From contig WRFR01000001.1 of assembly GCA_009778715.1 (NCBI GenBank), positions 111,428-143,427 on the forward strand: a stretch of DNA of 32,000 nucleotides, read 5' to 3'. The position numbers and the translations under genes are program-made. The first letter of the stretch is position 1. Every line of letters begins with the position of its first letter. Of this stretch, positions 24,627 to 32,000 are shown piece by piece. Below the pieces are notes generated by a model that did no database searches, was not told the origin of the DNA, and was given only the letters and a program-made list of their open reading frames with translations. Origin of the DNA: Coriobacteriia bacterium (GTDB taxonomy: Bacteria; Actinomycetota; Coriobacteriia; WRKU01; WQUG01).

Positions 24627-26123
24627 ATGTCTACTGATCCTGTTACTACTGACACTGCCGCCCGCCCCGTGCGCGTGCGCTTTGCCCCCTCGCCTACCGG
24701 GTCATTGCACCTGGGCGGAGCGCGTACTGCTATCTATAACTGGGCGTTCGCGCGCGCAACCGGAGGCAGTTTCATCCTGCGCATCGACGATACTGACCCC
24801 GAGCGCTCGACGCCTGAAAATATTGCTCAGATCATCAGCGCCCTGGAGTGGCTTGGCATTGACTGGGATGAAGGCCCGGTTCGTGGCGGAGACTACGGGC
24901 CCTACTTTCAGACCGAGCGTGCTGCCTCGTATGTGCAAGCGCTTGAGACCCTGCAGGCAAACGGCTGGGCTTACCGCTGCTTCTGCACGCCAGTCGAGCT
25001 TGCCGCCAAGCGTGAGATCGCGCGTGCCAAGGGTGGGTCCGCTGGCTACGATGGCGCCTGCCGCACGCTAAGTGAAGAGCAGTCACAGGCGCGCGCTAAC
25101 GCGGGAGAGCCCTTCGTATGGCGCCTGAAGATCCCTGTAGATCATGGCGCGATCGCCTTCAACGATGCGGTCTGCGGCCACACGGAGTTCCCGGCTGATT
25201 CGATCGATGACTTTGTGCTTGTGCGCAGCGATGGCTCGCCGACCTATAACTTTGCGAGCATCGTCGATGATGCCGCGATGGCCATCACCCATGTTATCCG
25301 TGGCAATGACCATGTAAGCAACACGCCCAAGCAGATCCTCGTGCTCGAAGGCCTCGGCGCGCCTATCCCGAACTTTGCCCATCTCTCGATGATCAACGGG
25401 CCGGATGGTAAGAAGCTGAGCAAGCGCCATGGCTCGACCGGCGTTGAGGAGTATGCCGATGAAGGCTATCTACCCGAGGCGCTCATGAACTACCTGGCAT
25501 TGCTGGGGTGGAGCCTTGACGGGGAGACCACGCTCATCGACGCGGATACCTTAAAGACCCACTTCAACTTGGAACACATCGCGAAACGTCCCGCAAACTT
25601 CGACTTCACCAAGCTCACGTGGATGAACAGCGAATACTTACGCGCAATGGAGCCCGAGCGCTTCGCGCACCTCATGGTTGAATGTCTCGCGCGCGCAGGC
25701 CTGGTCGCTTACGACGACTTTGAACAGCGCCCCGACTGGTATCTGACGCTGACGCCGCTTGTCTCAGAGCGCACCAAGCTCCTGACCGATATCGCCCCGA
25801 TGACTCGCTTCCTATTTGTTGATACCGTAGAACCCGATGAGACGGCTCGCAAGAAGGTACTGGAGAAAGATCCGACGCTGGTTGAGCGTGCCCTGCAGGT
25901 TGCTCAGGAGATCCTGGAAAACATTGATCCGGAGAACTGGGATACTGAACATATCGAAGCCGCGATGGCTGACTTGCCTGATTCAGTAGGCGCGAAGCCT
26001 CGCTTGGCCTATCAGCCTCTGCGCGTAGCCGTAGCAGGATCGACCGTTTCTCTTCCCCTCAACGAATCAATGGAGCTGCTCGGTCGCGAGAAGACTCTTG
26101 CCCGCATCCGCGCACTGCTGTAG
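24627..26123 (+). CDS. gltX: Glutamate--tRNA ligase
   Basis: The sequence reads RFAPSPTGSLHLGGARTA (HIGH-type), with KLSKRHG (KMSKS-type) and THVIRGNDH. The ATG at 24627 lies 5 nt after GAGGAG. Confidence 0.92.
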   Translation: MSTDPVTTDTAARPVRVRFAPSPTGSLHLGGARTAIYNWAFARATGGSFILRIDDTDPERSTPENIAQIISALEWLGIDWDEGPVRGGDYGPYFQTERAASYVQALETLQANGWAYRCFCTPVELAAKREIARAKGGSAGYDGACRTLSEEQSQARANAGEPFVWRLKIPVDHGAIAFNDAVCGHTEFPADSIDDFVLVRSDGSPTYNFASIVDDAAMAITHVIRGNDHVSNTPKQILVLEGLGAPIPNFAHLSMINGPDGKKLSKRHGSTGVEEYADEGYLPEALMNYLALLGWSLDGETTLIDADTLKTHFNLEHIAKRPANFDFTKLTWMNSEYLRAMEPERFAHLMVECLARAGLVAYDDFEQRPDWYLTLTPLVSERTKLLTDIAPMTRFLFVDTVEPDETARKKVLEKDPTLVERALQVAQEILENIDPENWDTEHIEAAMADLPDSVGAKPRLAYQPLRVAVAGSTVSLPLNESMELLGREKTLARIRALL

Positions 26124-26130
26124 TACCTTC

Positions 26131-26187
26131 ACGTCGGGCGCCGACGTCATCTCGCGCTCACGTCATCCCGGGCTTGACCCGGGATCT
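26131..26187. terminator. Two GC-rich hairpins between convergent gltX and metG (candidate bidirectional terminator / REP-like element)
   Basis: The hairpins are ACGTCGG-gcg-CCGACGT (26131-26147) and TCCCGGG-cttga-CCCGGGA (26165-26183). Neither has a clear U-tract. Confidence 0.45.
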
Positions 26188-26236
26188 AGGATACGAGATT
26201 TCGCCGGGACTCAGAACGACGGATCAATAATAAAGC

Positions 26237-28372
26237 TTAGAATTGGCTGGGATGGCGCTTGAAGAAGTCAGTACGCGGCGGCAATTCCGTCACGGCGTGG
26301 AATCCAGATGCCTTGTCAACATCATCCAGCACGCCCTTATAACCGTCAAAGGCGTGTTCCCACGAATAGAACTCACGCTCCTGGACCGGCACTGCAAGAT
26401 ATTCATAGACCATGCGTGTGCCCCAGGGGGCAATAGGATGCATCATGAGGCAGGCGGCTTTGAGCAGATAGAAGGCAGTGGCTATCACGCGTTGCCGCGC
26501 TGCGGGATCCTCCACTGTTGCTTTACTCTCGTCAGTCCAGTACTTATTAGCGCGACGTATGTAGGTGTCCGCAAGCTGCATGATGCTGTGAAACTCTTGC
26601 CGATACATCAAGTCCTCATAGTCCTCAAGCACCGACGCCGTGTCTTTGACGAGCGCGTCGTCGATCTCATCAAGAGGCATACGTCCGCCACAATCGTGTG
26701 CCGCGGCGTAGAAACACGAGCGCGCCAGACGGTTAAGCACATTAGTGAGCAGACTGCCCTCTTTGAGTACGGGGTCGCCCTCAGTCTGGGGTGCGCCTTC
26801 GTTGAGAGGCTTGGGCTGAAAGCTCACGTTTCTTTGCCCCAGGCCCAGCGCGATAAAGTGTGCGCGCAACTGCTCAGCCGTGTAGTAGTCGAGCAAGTCG
26901 ATAGCCATAGGAGGCTTGATGGACCCCGATGACGAGGCCTTCTTACCGAGGAACTGCAAATGATAGTTGGCTATCAGCTGGGTCTGTTGTAGCTCTCCGG
27001 GCGCGGGGTCTACTGGCAGGACGCAGGGTAGGTCATCATTTGTTGAAGCAGGGTTGTTGCTGGTAACTCTGCTTGCAGAAACTTCAGGCAAAGCACTCCA
27101 CAGGGCGGTCTGTGCGACTCCATAGAAATAGATGTTGTCTTGCCCGATAAACTGATAGACACGCGCCCGGGGATCGCACCAGTACTGCTGCCAGGCCTCC
27201 CCGGCGCGGTCCTTACGTTCCGGATTAAGGCTTTCGACGCCACGCGCTCCCACGCCGTACTCGATGCGCGCACGCGTAAAGCTGATAGGCGCCCAGAGCG
27301 ACTCAGGCCAGCACCAGACCGTCAGCCCGTCAATGCCTTCCAAAACAGGCGCAGGCACACCCCAGGCAATGTTTCCCGTTATCCTGAAGGGTACCAGTGT
27401 CTTTCCTGTTCTGAAACGCACGCCTGCTCCGGTCAGGACGGAGAGCGCATTCTCGCGACTTGCAAGGTCTTCGAACTCAAGCTCAAAGGATGCCTTGCCT
27501 TTCTCAGCGGGTCTGAAGGCATGCTGAGGCAACTGCGGTTTTAGCTCCTCGTAGACGTCGAGATACTCGTTTTTTACGTAGATGATGGGCGGGACCAAGA
27601 ACTCTTCTATCGTTTTGAGCACGACGCTACGCGTGGCGCCCTCGCAGGCGCGGCTGTCGACGTAACGCTGCAAAAGCTCCCTGAACGCAGGCAGATCGAA
27701 ATACCAGTTTGAAACTTCGCGCATCACGGGCGGCTTGCCGCTCACGGTACTTACAGGGTTAAGCAGATCTTTGGGCATGTACTGGTGGCCGAGATCGCAC
27801 TCGTCCGCATAGCCCTTCTCAGATTTACAACCCTGCACGGGGCAGTACCCCACAACTTGCCGACCATTGAGAAAGGTGTGCGCTTCTTCGTCATAGAACT
27901 GCGCCGAAGAGAGTCTTTGCAAGTGGCCGTTATCGTAGAGGCGCTTCAGTATCTGGTCGGTGACCTCGCGGTGCGCCTGCCCTGACGCTCCGATACCCGA
28001 GCCTTCGTAGATATCAAGTGATATCCCGTATTCTTTGAGCGCCTCAAACTGCCGAAGGTGATTGCTCTCGACAAAGTCCTCGATGGTACCGATCGTGGGG
28101 TCATCTGCGGCCCGTTTGCGGTATTCTTCTGCGATGGGAGAGCCATAGCAGTCTGTTCCGCAGACAAAAAGCACATTCTCCTCTCCGATGCGGTCACGCA
28201 AAAAGCGCGCGAAAATATCTGCCGGTACAAACACACCGCCAACATGGCCAAAGTGCAGCCCCTTGTTGCCGTAGGGCATTCCCGCGGTAACAACGGCCTT
28301 GGCAGGCCACGGGGGACGCATAGATGATTTCTCTGTTATGCGATCAGTACTCAAAATCGCCTCGTTCAACAC
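26237..28372 (-). CDS. metG: Methionine--tRNA ligase (class I aaRS) with an atypical KMSKS loop
   Basis: The sequence reads PYGNKGLHFGHVGGVFVPADIFARFLR (HIGH), with VCGTDCYGSPI, a zinc knuckle CPVQGC..DECDLG and WGVPAP. The KMSKS position reads KASSS. The start may be the ATG at 28321 (MRPPWPAK) rather than 28372. Confidence 0.8.
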   Translation of the reverse strand: MLNEAILSTDRITEKSSMRPPWPAKAVVTAGMPYGNKGLHFGHVGGVFVPADIFARFLRDRIGEENVLFVCGTDCYGSPIAEEYRKRAADDPTIGTIEDFVESNHLRQFEALKEYGISLDIYEGSGIGASGQAHREVTDQILKRLYDNGHLQRLSSAQFYDEEAHTFLNGRQVVGYCPVQGCKSEKGYADECDLGHQYMPKDLLNPVSTVSGKPPVMREVSNWYFDLPAFRELLQRYVDSRACEGATRSVVLKTIEEFLVPPIIYVKNEYLDVYEELKPQLPQHAFRPAEKGKASFELEFEDLASRENALSVLTGAGVRFRTGKTLVPFRITGNIAWGVPAPVLEGIDGLTVWCWPESLWAPISFTRARIEYGVGARGVESLNPERKDRAGEAWQQYWCDPRARVYQFIGQDNIYFYGVAQTALWSALPEVSASRVTSNNPASTNDDLPCVLPVDPAPGELQQTQLIANYHLQFLGKKASSSGSIKPPMAIDLLDYYTAEQLRAHFIALGLGQRNVSFQPKPLNEGAPQTEGDPVLKEGSLLTNVLNRLARSCFYAAAHDCGGRMPLDEIDDALVKDTASVLEDYEDLMYRQEFHSIMQLADTYIRRANKYWTDESKATVEDPAARQRVIATAFYLLKAACLMMHPIAPWGTRMVYEYLAVPVQEREFYSWEHAFDGYKGVLDDVDKASGFHAVTELPPRTDFFKRHPSQF

Positions 28373-28593
28373 AAAACCCGATAAACTCCTGATAAATTAT
28401 CGCATAACCTCTGCTCCCCCATCAGTTAAACGAGCCAGTGTCCCCGTGTCGTTAAGTGCTTTTGCCACCAGTAGTTGAACGGTTTACGTGACGCGTGTGT
28501 TCAATCCTCTGTGAGATAATAGTTCGATCCTACTTGGCAATATGAGGGCACACCCACATCGTCCTGGCAAGACCTAAGAATCTCGGTAGAACA

Positions 28594-28660
28594 GATTCCG
28601 GCTCGGAGGCCGGAATGACAAGAGTCGGAGAGCCGGAATGACAGGAATCGGAGAGGAACC
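28594..28660. repeat. Palindrome ATTCCGGC-tcggag-GCCGGAAT plus a roughly 22-nt tandem repeat TCGGAG(R)GCCGGAATGACA, about 2.5 copies
   Basis: The repeat is read directly from the sequence. It lies immediately upstream of, and runs into, the SD of the 28664 gene. Confidence 0.7.
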
Positions 28661-28663
28661 ACT

Positions 28664-29170
28664 ATGGCGTTCAGAGAGATACGTAAAGCCCGGCGTGGGC
28701 AGACTATGAGCCTTCAAGATTGCAACGGAGTCCTTGATCATACGACCCATGGCGTTCTGGCATTGCTGGGCGATGATGATTACCCGTATGCGGTGCCCGT
28801 TTCTCATGCGCGCGTGGGCGCTACGCTCTACTTTCACAGCGCGCTTCAGGGGCACAAGTTGGACGCGATCAAGCACTGCGATAAAGCTTCTTTTTGTGTC
28901 GTTGATACCGATCAGGTCATTCCCGAAGAGTTCACGACTCACTATAAGAGCGTGATCGCCTGGGGTCGCGTTACGATTGTAGAAAATGACGAAGAAAAAC
29001 TCCAGGCGCTGACCGCGCTGGCAGATAAGTATTGCCGTGCCGGTATCGGCGCCGACTACGGGGAGGCGCTTGACGCTGAGATCGACAAGAGCTGGTCTGC
29101 CTGCTTGACCTTCAAACTCGACATTGAGCACTTGAGCGGCAAGCTCAGCAAAGAGCTGAAGGGCGTGTAG
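28664..29170 (+). CDS. Pyridoxamine 5'-phosphate oxidase-family FMN-binding protein (Nim-like)
   Basis: The 168-aa protein reads CNGVLDHTTHGVLALLGDDDYPYAVPVSH..LYFHSA..GHKLDAI..ASFCVVD..SVIAWGRV, typical of the Pyridox_ox_2/NimA-like split-barrel family. An SD GGAGAGG lies 7 nt upstream. Confidence 0.75.
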   Translation: MAFREIRKARRGQTMSLQDCNGVLDHTTHGVLALLGDDDYPYAVPVSHARVGATLYFHSALQGHKLDAIKHCDKASFCVVDTDQVIPEEFTTHYKSVIAWGRVTIVENDEEKLQALTALADKYCRAGIGADYGEALDAEIDKSWSACLTFKLDIEHLSGKLSKELKGV

Positions 29171-29176
29171 TTACCC

Positions 29177-29650
29177 ATGCTGGGACACCTCGGATTCTCA
29201 TGGATCGGAGCTATCTATCTGCTCGCGCTCTGGATTCCCAACATCATCTGGGCGCGGCATAAACCCACAGGCTATGATGCCTCAGGTGAAAACCCGGTGC
29301 TGGTGACCTTTGAGCGAATCGGTCAGGTCTTCAGCACCGTCGCGATCCTCTGTTTCAATGATCTTAATCCGCATGGATTTAACCACTGGTCCGTGTGGCT
29401 GGTACTCTCGATCTTGCTCATGATCCTCTATGAGTGCTTCTGGATCCGCTACTTTCACGGCGGACACACCCTGCAAGACTTCTACCGCCCGCTCTTCGGC
29501 TTCCCGGCGCCGGGCGCAAGCTTGCCCGTACTGGCGTTCCTGTTCCTGGGGATCTATGGCAAGCTGATCTGGCTCATTGGCGCTTCTGTCATCCTTGGTG
29601 TCGGTCACATAGGCATTCATCTTCAACACGCCAGGCGCCTCAACGCTTAG
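29177..29650 (+). CDS. Hypothetical integral membrane protein (about 4 TM)
   Basis: The 157-aa hydrophobic protein starts 6 nt after the preceding gene. Confidence 0.65.
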   Translation: MLGHLGFSWIGAIYLLALWIPNIIWARHKPTGYDASGENPVLVTFERIGQVFSTVAILCFNDLNPHGFNHWSVWLVLSILLMILYECFWIRYFHGGHTLQDFYRPLFGFPAPGASLPVLAFLFLGIYGKLIWLIGASVILGVGHIGIHLQHARRLNA

Positions 29651-29830
29651 GCGCCCAGTCCGCTGGCCCCTATTCGGGATCTGAGGGACCAGCCATATTG
29701 CTCCTCATCAAACCTATTCCTGCAGTGTAGATCCTCCTTTAACGTTTTTGCTGCTTATGTTATAGCATGTATGTTAGGAGAAGAAGAGTTCTTTGCGCGA
29801 GAATCCCTCGTTTTTAGAGGAGGAGGATAT

Positions 29831-30742
29831 ATGCAACAGGAAAAAGTCGTCGTTGGCGAAGGAACAGAATTCCCATTGGACAGTCTGTTGACCTTGCCGG
29901 ATGTAGCTGAGAGCGGCATCCCCTCTGTCGTGTTGGTTCATGGTTCTGGCCCGCAGGATAAGGATGAAACGATCAAGGCTGTGGCGCCGTTCCGTGACAT
30001 CGCTGAGGCACTTGCTGACAAGGGTATCGCGACGCTGCGCTACGACAAACGCACCCAGACCTATGGCAAAGAGATGATGGTACATCCCGGCAACATCACC
30101 GTAGAGAGTGAGACTATCGAAGACGCCATCCGTGCAGCTCATCTGCTGCGTGATGACCCGAGGATCGGCAAGGTCTTTATCCTGGGACACAGCCTGGGCG
30201 GTATGCTCGCGCCGCGCATTGACGCGGAGGGTGGCGACTTCGACGGGATCATCATTGCCGCAGGTTCACCTCGCACACTACGAGAGATCATGCTGGATCA
30301 GTTTGCTGAAACCAGCACACAGTATAAGGGGCTTATCAGAAAGATCGCTGACAAACAGGTCACCAAACTCGCGAAGGAATTCGCCGCCATCGATTCGATG
30401 ACCGACGAAGAAGCTCAGCAGAAGAGGTTGTTCGGCCAGACCCGCGCTTACTACTTCAAGGAGATGGAAGCGCATCCCGCAAGCCAGTATCTGGAGAGTA
30501 TGACCAAACCGGTCTTCATCTTCCAGGGCGATAAGGACTTCCAGGTTTATCCCGAAAAGGATTTCGAAGGATACCGTCAGCTCCTGGAAGGGCGCCCAAA
30601 TGTGGCTCTCAAGCTCTATCCCGGCCTCAATCATGTCTTCAATGATTCCTGCAAGACTCGCACGATCAAGGACTATGAAACCCCTGGTAAGGTCGATCCA
30701 CGTGTTACCGACGACATCGCACGTTGGATATTGTCGAACTAG
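29831..30742 (+). CDS. Alpha/beta-fold hydrolase
   Basis: The nucleophile elbow is GHSLGG, preceded by VVLVHGSGPQD. The ATG at 29831 follows GAGGAGGAGGA. The track start at 29771 is not favoured. Confidence 0.8.
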   Translation: MQQEKVVVGEGTEFPLDSLLTLPDVAESGIPSVVLVHGSGPQDKDETIKAVAPFRDIAEALADKGIATLRYDKRTQTYGKEMMVHPGNITVESETIEDAIRAAHLLRDDPRIGKVFILGHSLGGMLAPRIDAEGGDFDGIIIAAGSPRTLREIMLDQFAETSTQYKGLIRKIADKQVTKLAKEFAAIDSMTDEEAQQKRLFGQTRAYYFKEMEAHPASQYLESMTKPVFIFQGDKDFQVYPEKDFEGYRQLLEGRPNVALKLYPGLNHVFNDSCKTRTIKDYETPGKVDPRVTDDIARWILSN

Positions 30743-30745
30743 GTT

Positions 30746-31102
30746 CTACTTCCCCGCTTCGAACAGCTGGATAGCACAGCCGTTAAGATCAGTGAAATAC
30801 GCGAAACGGATGCCATCATGCCCGGGCGCAATGATATCGCTGTGCCGGATCTGGCGACTGTCAAGCAAGACAAGTTTTTTATCAAGATCGTCGACCGCAA
30901 AGCCAATAGTCAGCCCTTTTGCGTTGATAGGCTCAGCGGTATCATTCGCAATCAATTCCAACGCCGTCTCTCCCCCACCAAGAAAAATAATCGGCCCGTT
31001 TGGCGTCTCCAAAGTCCGTGCAACCGGCAACCCTAAAAGCCACTGATAAAACTCCACGGTTTCTGCCTGCTTAGCCGTTTGTACCGTCACATGCGTAATC
31101 AT
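30746..31102 (-). CDS. VOC-family (glyoxalase/bleomycin-resistance fold) protein
   Basis: The sequence starts MITHVTVQTAKQAETVEFYQWLLGL and ends in ..FTDLNGCAIQLFE, typical of small VOC proteins. The start is taken at 31102. Confidence 0.7.
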   Translation of the reverse strand: MITHVTVQTAKQAETVEFYQWLLGLPVARTLETPNGPIIFLGGGETALELIANDTAEPINAKGLTIGFAVDDLDKKLVLLDSRQIRHSDIIAPGHDGIRFAYFTDLNGCAIQLFEAGK

Positions 31103-31195
31103 CGTTATGCCCTTCTTCCTCCATTTATAGATAAAGTTCGTTATCAACTATACTTATAGTGCTACCGTGATCTTCTGCCATGCCTCTCATCGCAA

Positions 31196-31507
31196 CTAAG
31201 CGGAAAGTTGGCGGATCAGTTTGATTTCACCCGACAAACGATGCGAGGCATCCCATATATCAACATTTCGCTGTAGATTGAGCCATGACTCAGGTGAGCC
31301 TCCAAAGAGCGCAGACAACCTTAAAGCCATGTCAGTACTGAGCGCACGCCTCTCATGCACCAGCTCATTGACAGACTGGCGTGAGACTCCCATCATTTCG
31401 GCCAAATCACGTACTGAAAGCCCATAATCTGGCATATACTCCTCACGGATCATCTCGCCCGGATGGGTCGGTCGTCTTGTCATTGTTTTCGTATTCACGC
31501 TGTTCAC
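31196..31507 (-). CDS. higA: HigA-family antitoxin (XRE-type HTH)
   Basis: The sequence reads HPGEMIREEYMPDYGLSVRDLAEMMGVSRQSVNELVHERRALSTDMALRLSALFGGSPESWLNLQ. Confidence 0.85.
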   Translation of the reverse strand: MNSVNTKTMTRRPTHPGEMIREEYMPDYGLSVRDLAEMMGVSRQSVNELVHERRALSTDMALRLSALFGGSPESWLNLQRNVDIWDASHRLSGEIKLIRQLSA

Positions 31508-31512
31508 CTCTC

Positions 31513-31794
31513 TCAGTGATAATCACAGATCTCGACTTCATACGCATCGCCTTCCGAAAACCGAAAACAGATACGCCATTGGTCATTGATCGACACGGAG
31601 TGCTGGCCTTTCCTGTCGCCTTCAAGCCCATGGAGTCTATTGCCCGGTGGCACACGTAGATCATCAAGCCTCATTGCTGCATTAATTTGGTCGAGCTTAC
31701 GCACCGCACGGGCTACTACGTCGTTCGGAAGCCTACGAAAAGCTCCTGTCAGAAATAACTGCACGGTCTGTTTATCAGCAAACGACTGGATCAT
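31513..31794 (-). CDS. higB: HigB-type toxin (RelE/ParE superfamily)
   Basis: The 93-aa protein reads PPGNRLHGLEGDRKGQHSVSINDQWRICFRF..GDAYEVEICDYH. The toxin-first gene order is typical of hig modules. Confidence 0.85.
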   Translation of the reverse strand: MIQSFADKQTVQLFLTGAFRRLPNDVVARAVRKLDQINAAMRLDDLRVPPGNRLHGLEGDRKGQHSVSINDQWRICFRFSEGDAYEVEICDYH

Positions 31795-32000
31795 AATCTA
31801 ATTGTAACGTGCAACGTGACACAGGTCAAATGGTAACAACTGAACTGCCGTTGCGCCTACCGACTCAAGCGAACCAGAAGGTGGCGTACACTATCTTTCG
31901 CAAATTGAAAATTGAATAACTCATAAGACATGGCCTGTCCCGGTAACGCTATGATTTGTTTGACGACAAAATCGAGCAGAAAGGAACAAGCCATGTCAGA

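Noticed and set aside
26243-26932. 229-aa plus-strand ORF inside metG
   Set aside because: It is antisense to a strongly supported aaRS gene. Its translation is Arg/His/Cys-rich and motif-free, which is typical of a shadow frame.
28490-28540. tRNA-like T-loop strings (GTTCAATCC, GTTCGATCC) upstream of metG
   Set aside because: I could not build acceptor, D or anticodon stems around either string, so no cloverleaf forms. A T-box leader was also considered, but no GGUGGUACCGCG-type T-box sequence is present.
28603-28660. Short periodic repeat considered as a CRISPR-like array
   Set aside because: It has only about 2.5 copies with a roughly 22-nt period and no unique spacers or nearby cas genes. 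It is a tandem/REP-like repeat, not a CRISPR array.
28574-29131. 185-aa minus-strand ORF fully antisense to the Nim/PNPOx-like gene
   Set aside because: It has no recognisable motifs and no SD, and it overlaps a plus-strand gene with clear family signatures and a good SD. It is most likely an antisense shadow ORF.

Overview
The window has two parts.

(1) Positions 1 to ~18.2 kb are one end of a Gram-positive-type conjugative element (an ICE or an integrated conjugative plasmid). It is encoded entirely on the minus strand as one tightly coupled gene train, in this order:
- a winged-HTH initiator-like gene with internal palindromic repeats
- a ~300-nt non-coding leader
- an ArdC-like anti-restriction protein carrying a pentapeptide-repeat cassette
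- SSB
- a small TM peptide
- a 459-aa protein of unknown function
- a VirD4-type coupling protein
- a VirB2-like protein
- a PrgI/VirB3-like protein
- a VirB4 ATPase
- a lysozyme plus NlpC/P60 hydrolase
- a TcpC/VirB8-like protein
- a VirB6-like protein
- a phage-Dam-type N6A methyltransferase
- a C5 cytosine methyltransferase
- a small CxxC ORF
- a type IA topoisomerase that runs off the left edge and is absent from the ORF track

I see no relaxase, integrase or att site in the window.

(2) Positions ~18.26 to 32 kb are chromosomal. They hold a HAD hydrolase, a CPA2 antiporter, priA, a glutaredoxin-like gene, an S-box (SAM-I-like) leader plus metK, gltX and metG. A small accessory islet follows, with a Nim/PNPOx-like protein, a membrane protein, an alpha/beta hydrolase, a VOC protein and higBA.

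The observations most worth follow-up:
- The C5-MTase gene contains a second same-strand frame, open over more than 250 codons, that itself reads like a recognisable protein family.
- A pentapeptide-repeat (DNA-mimic type) module with its own SD and ATG is embedded in the ArdC tail between 86-nt direct repeats.
- Three GATC-centred 21-bp palindromes lie inside the initiator-like gene of an element that encodes its own Dam-family methylase.
- A duplicated leader module precedes both ssb and ardC.

All family assignments come from motif recognition by eye. No searches were run.
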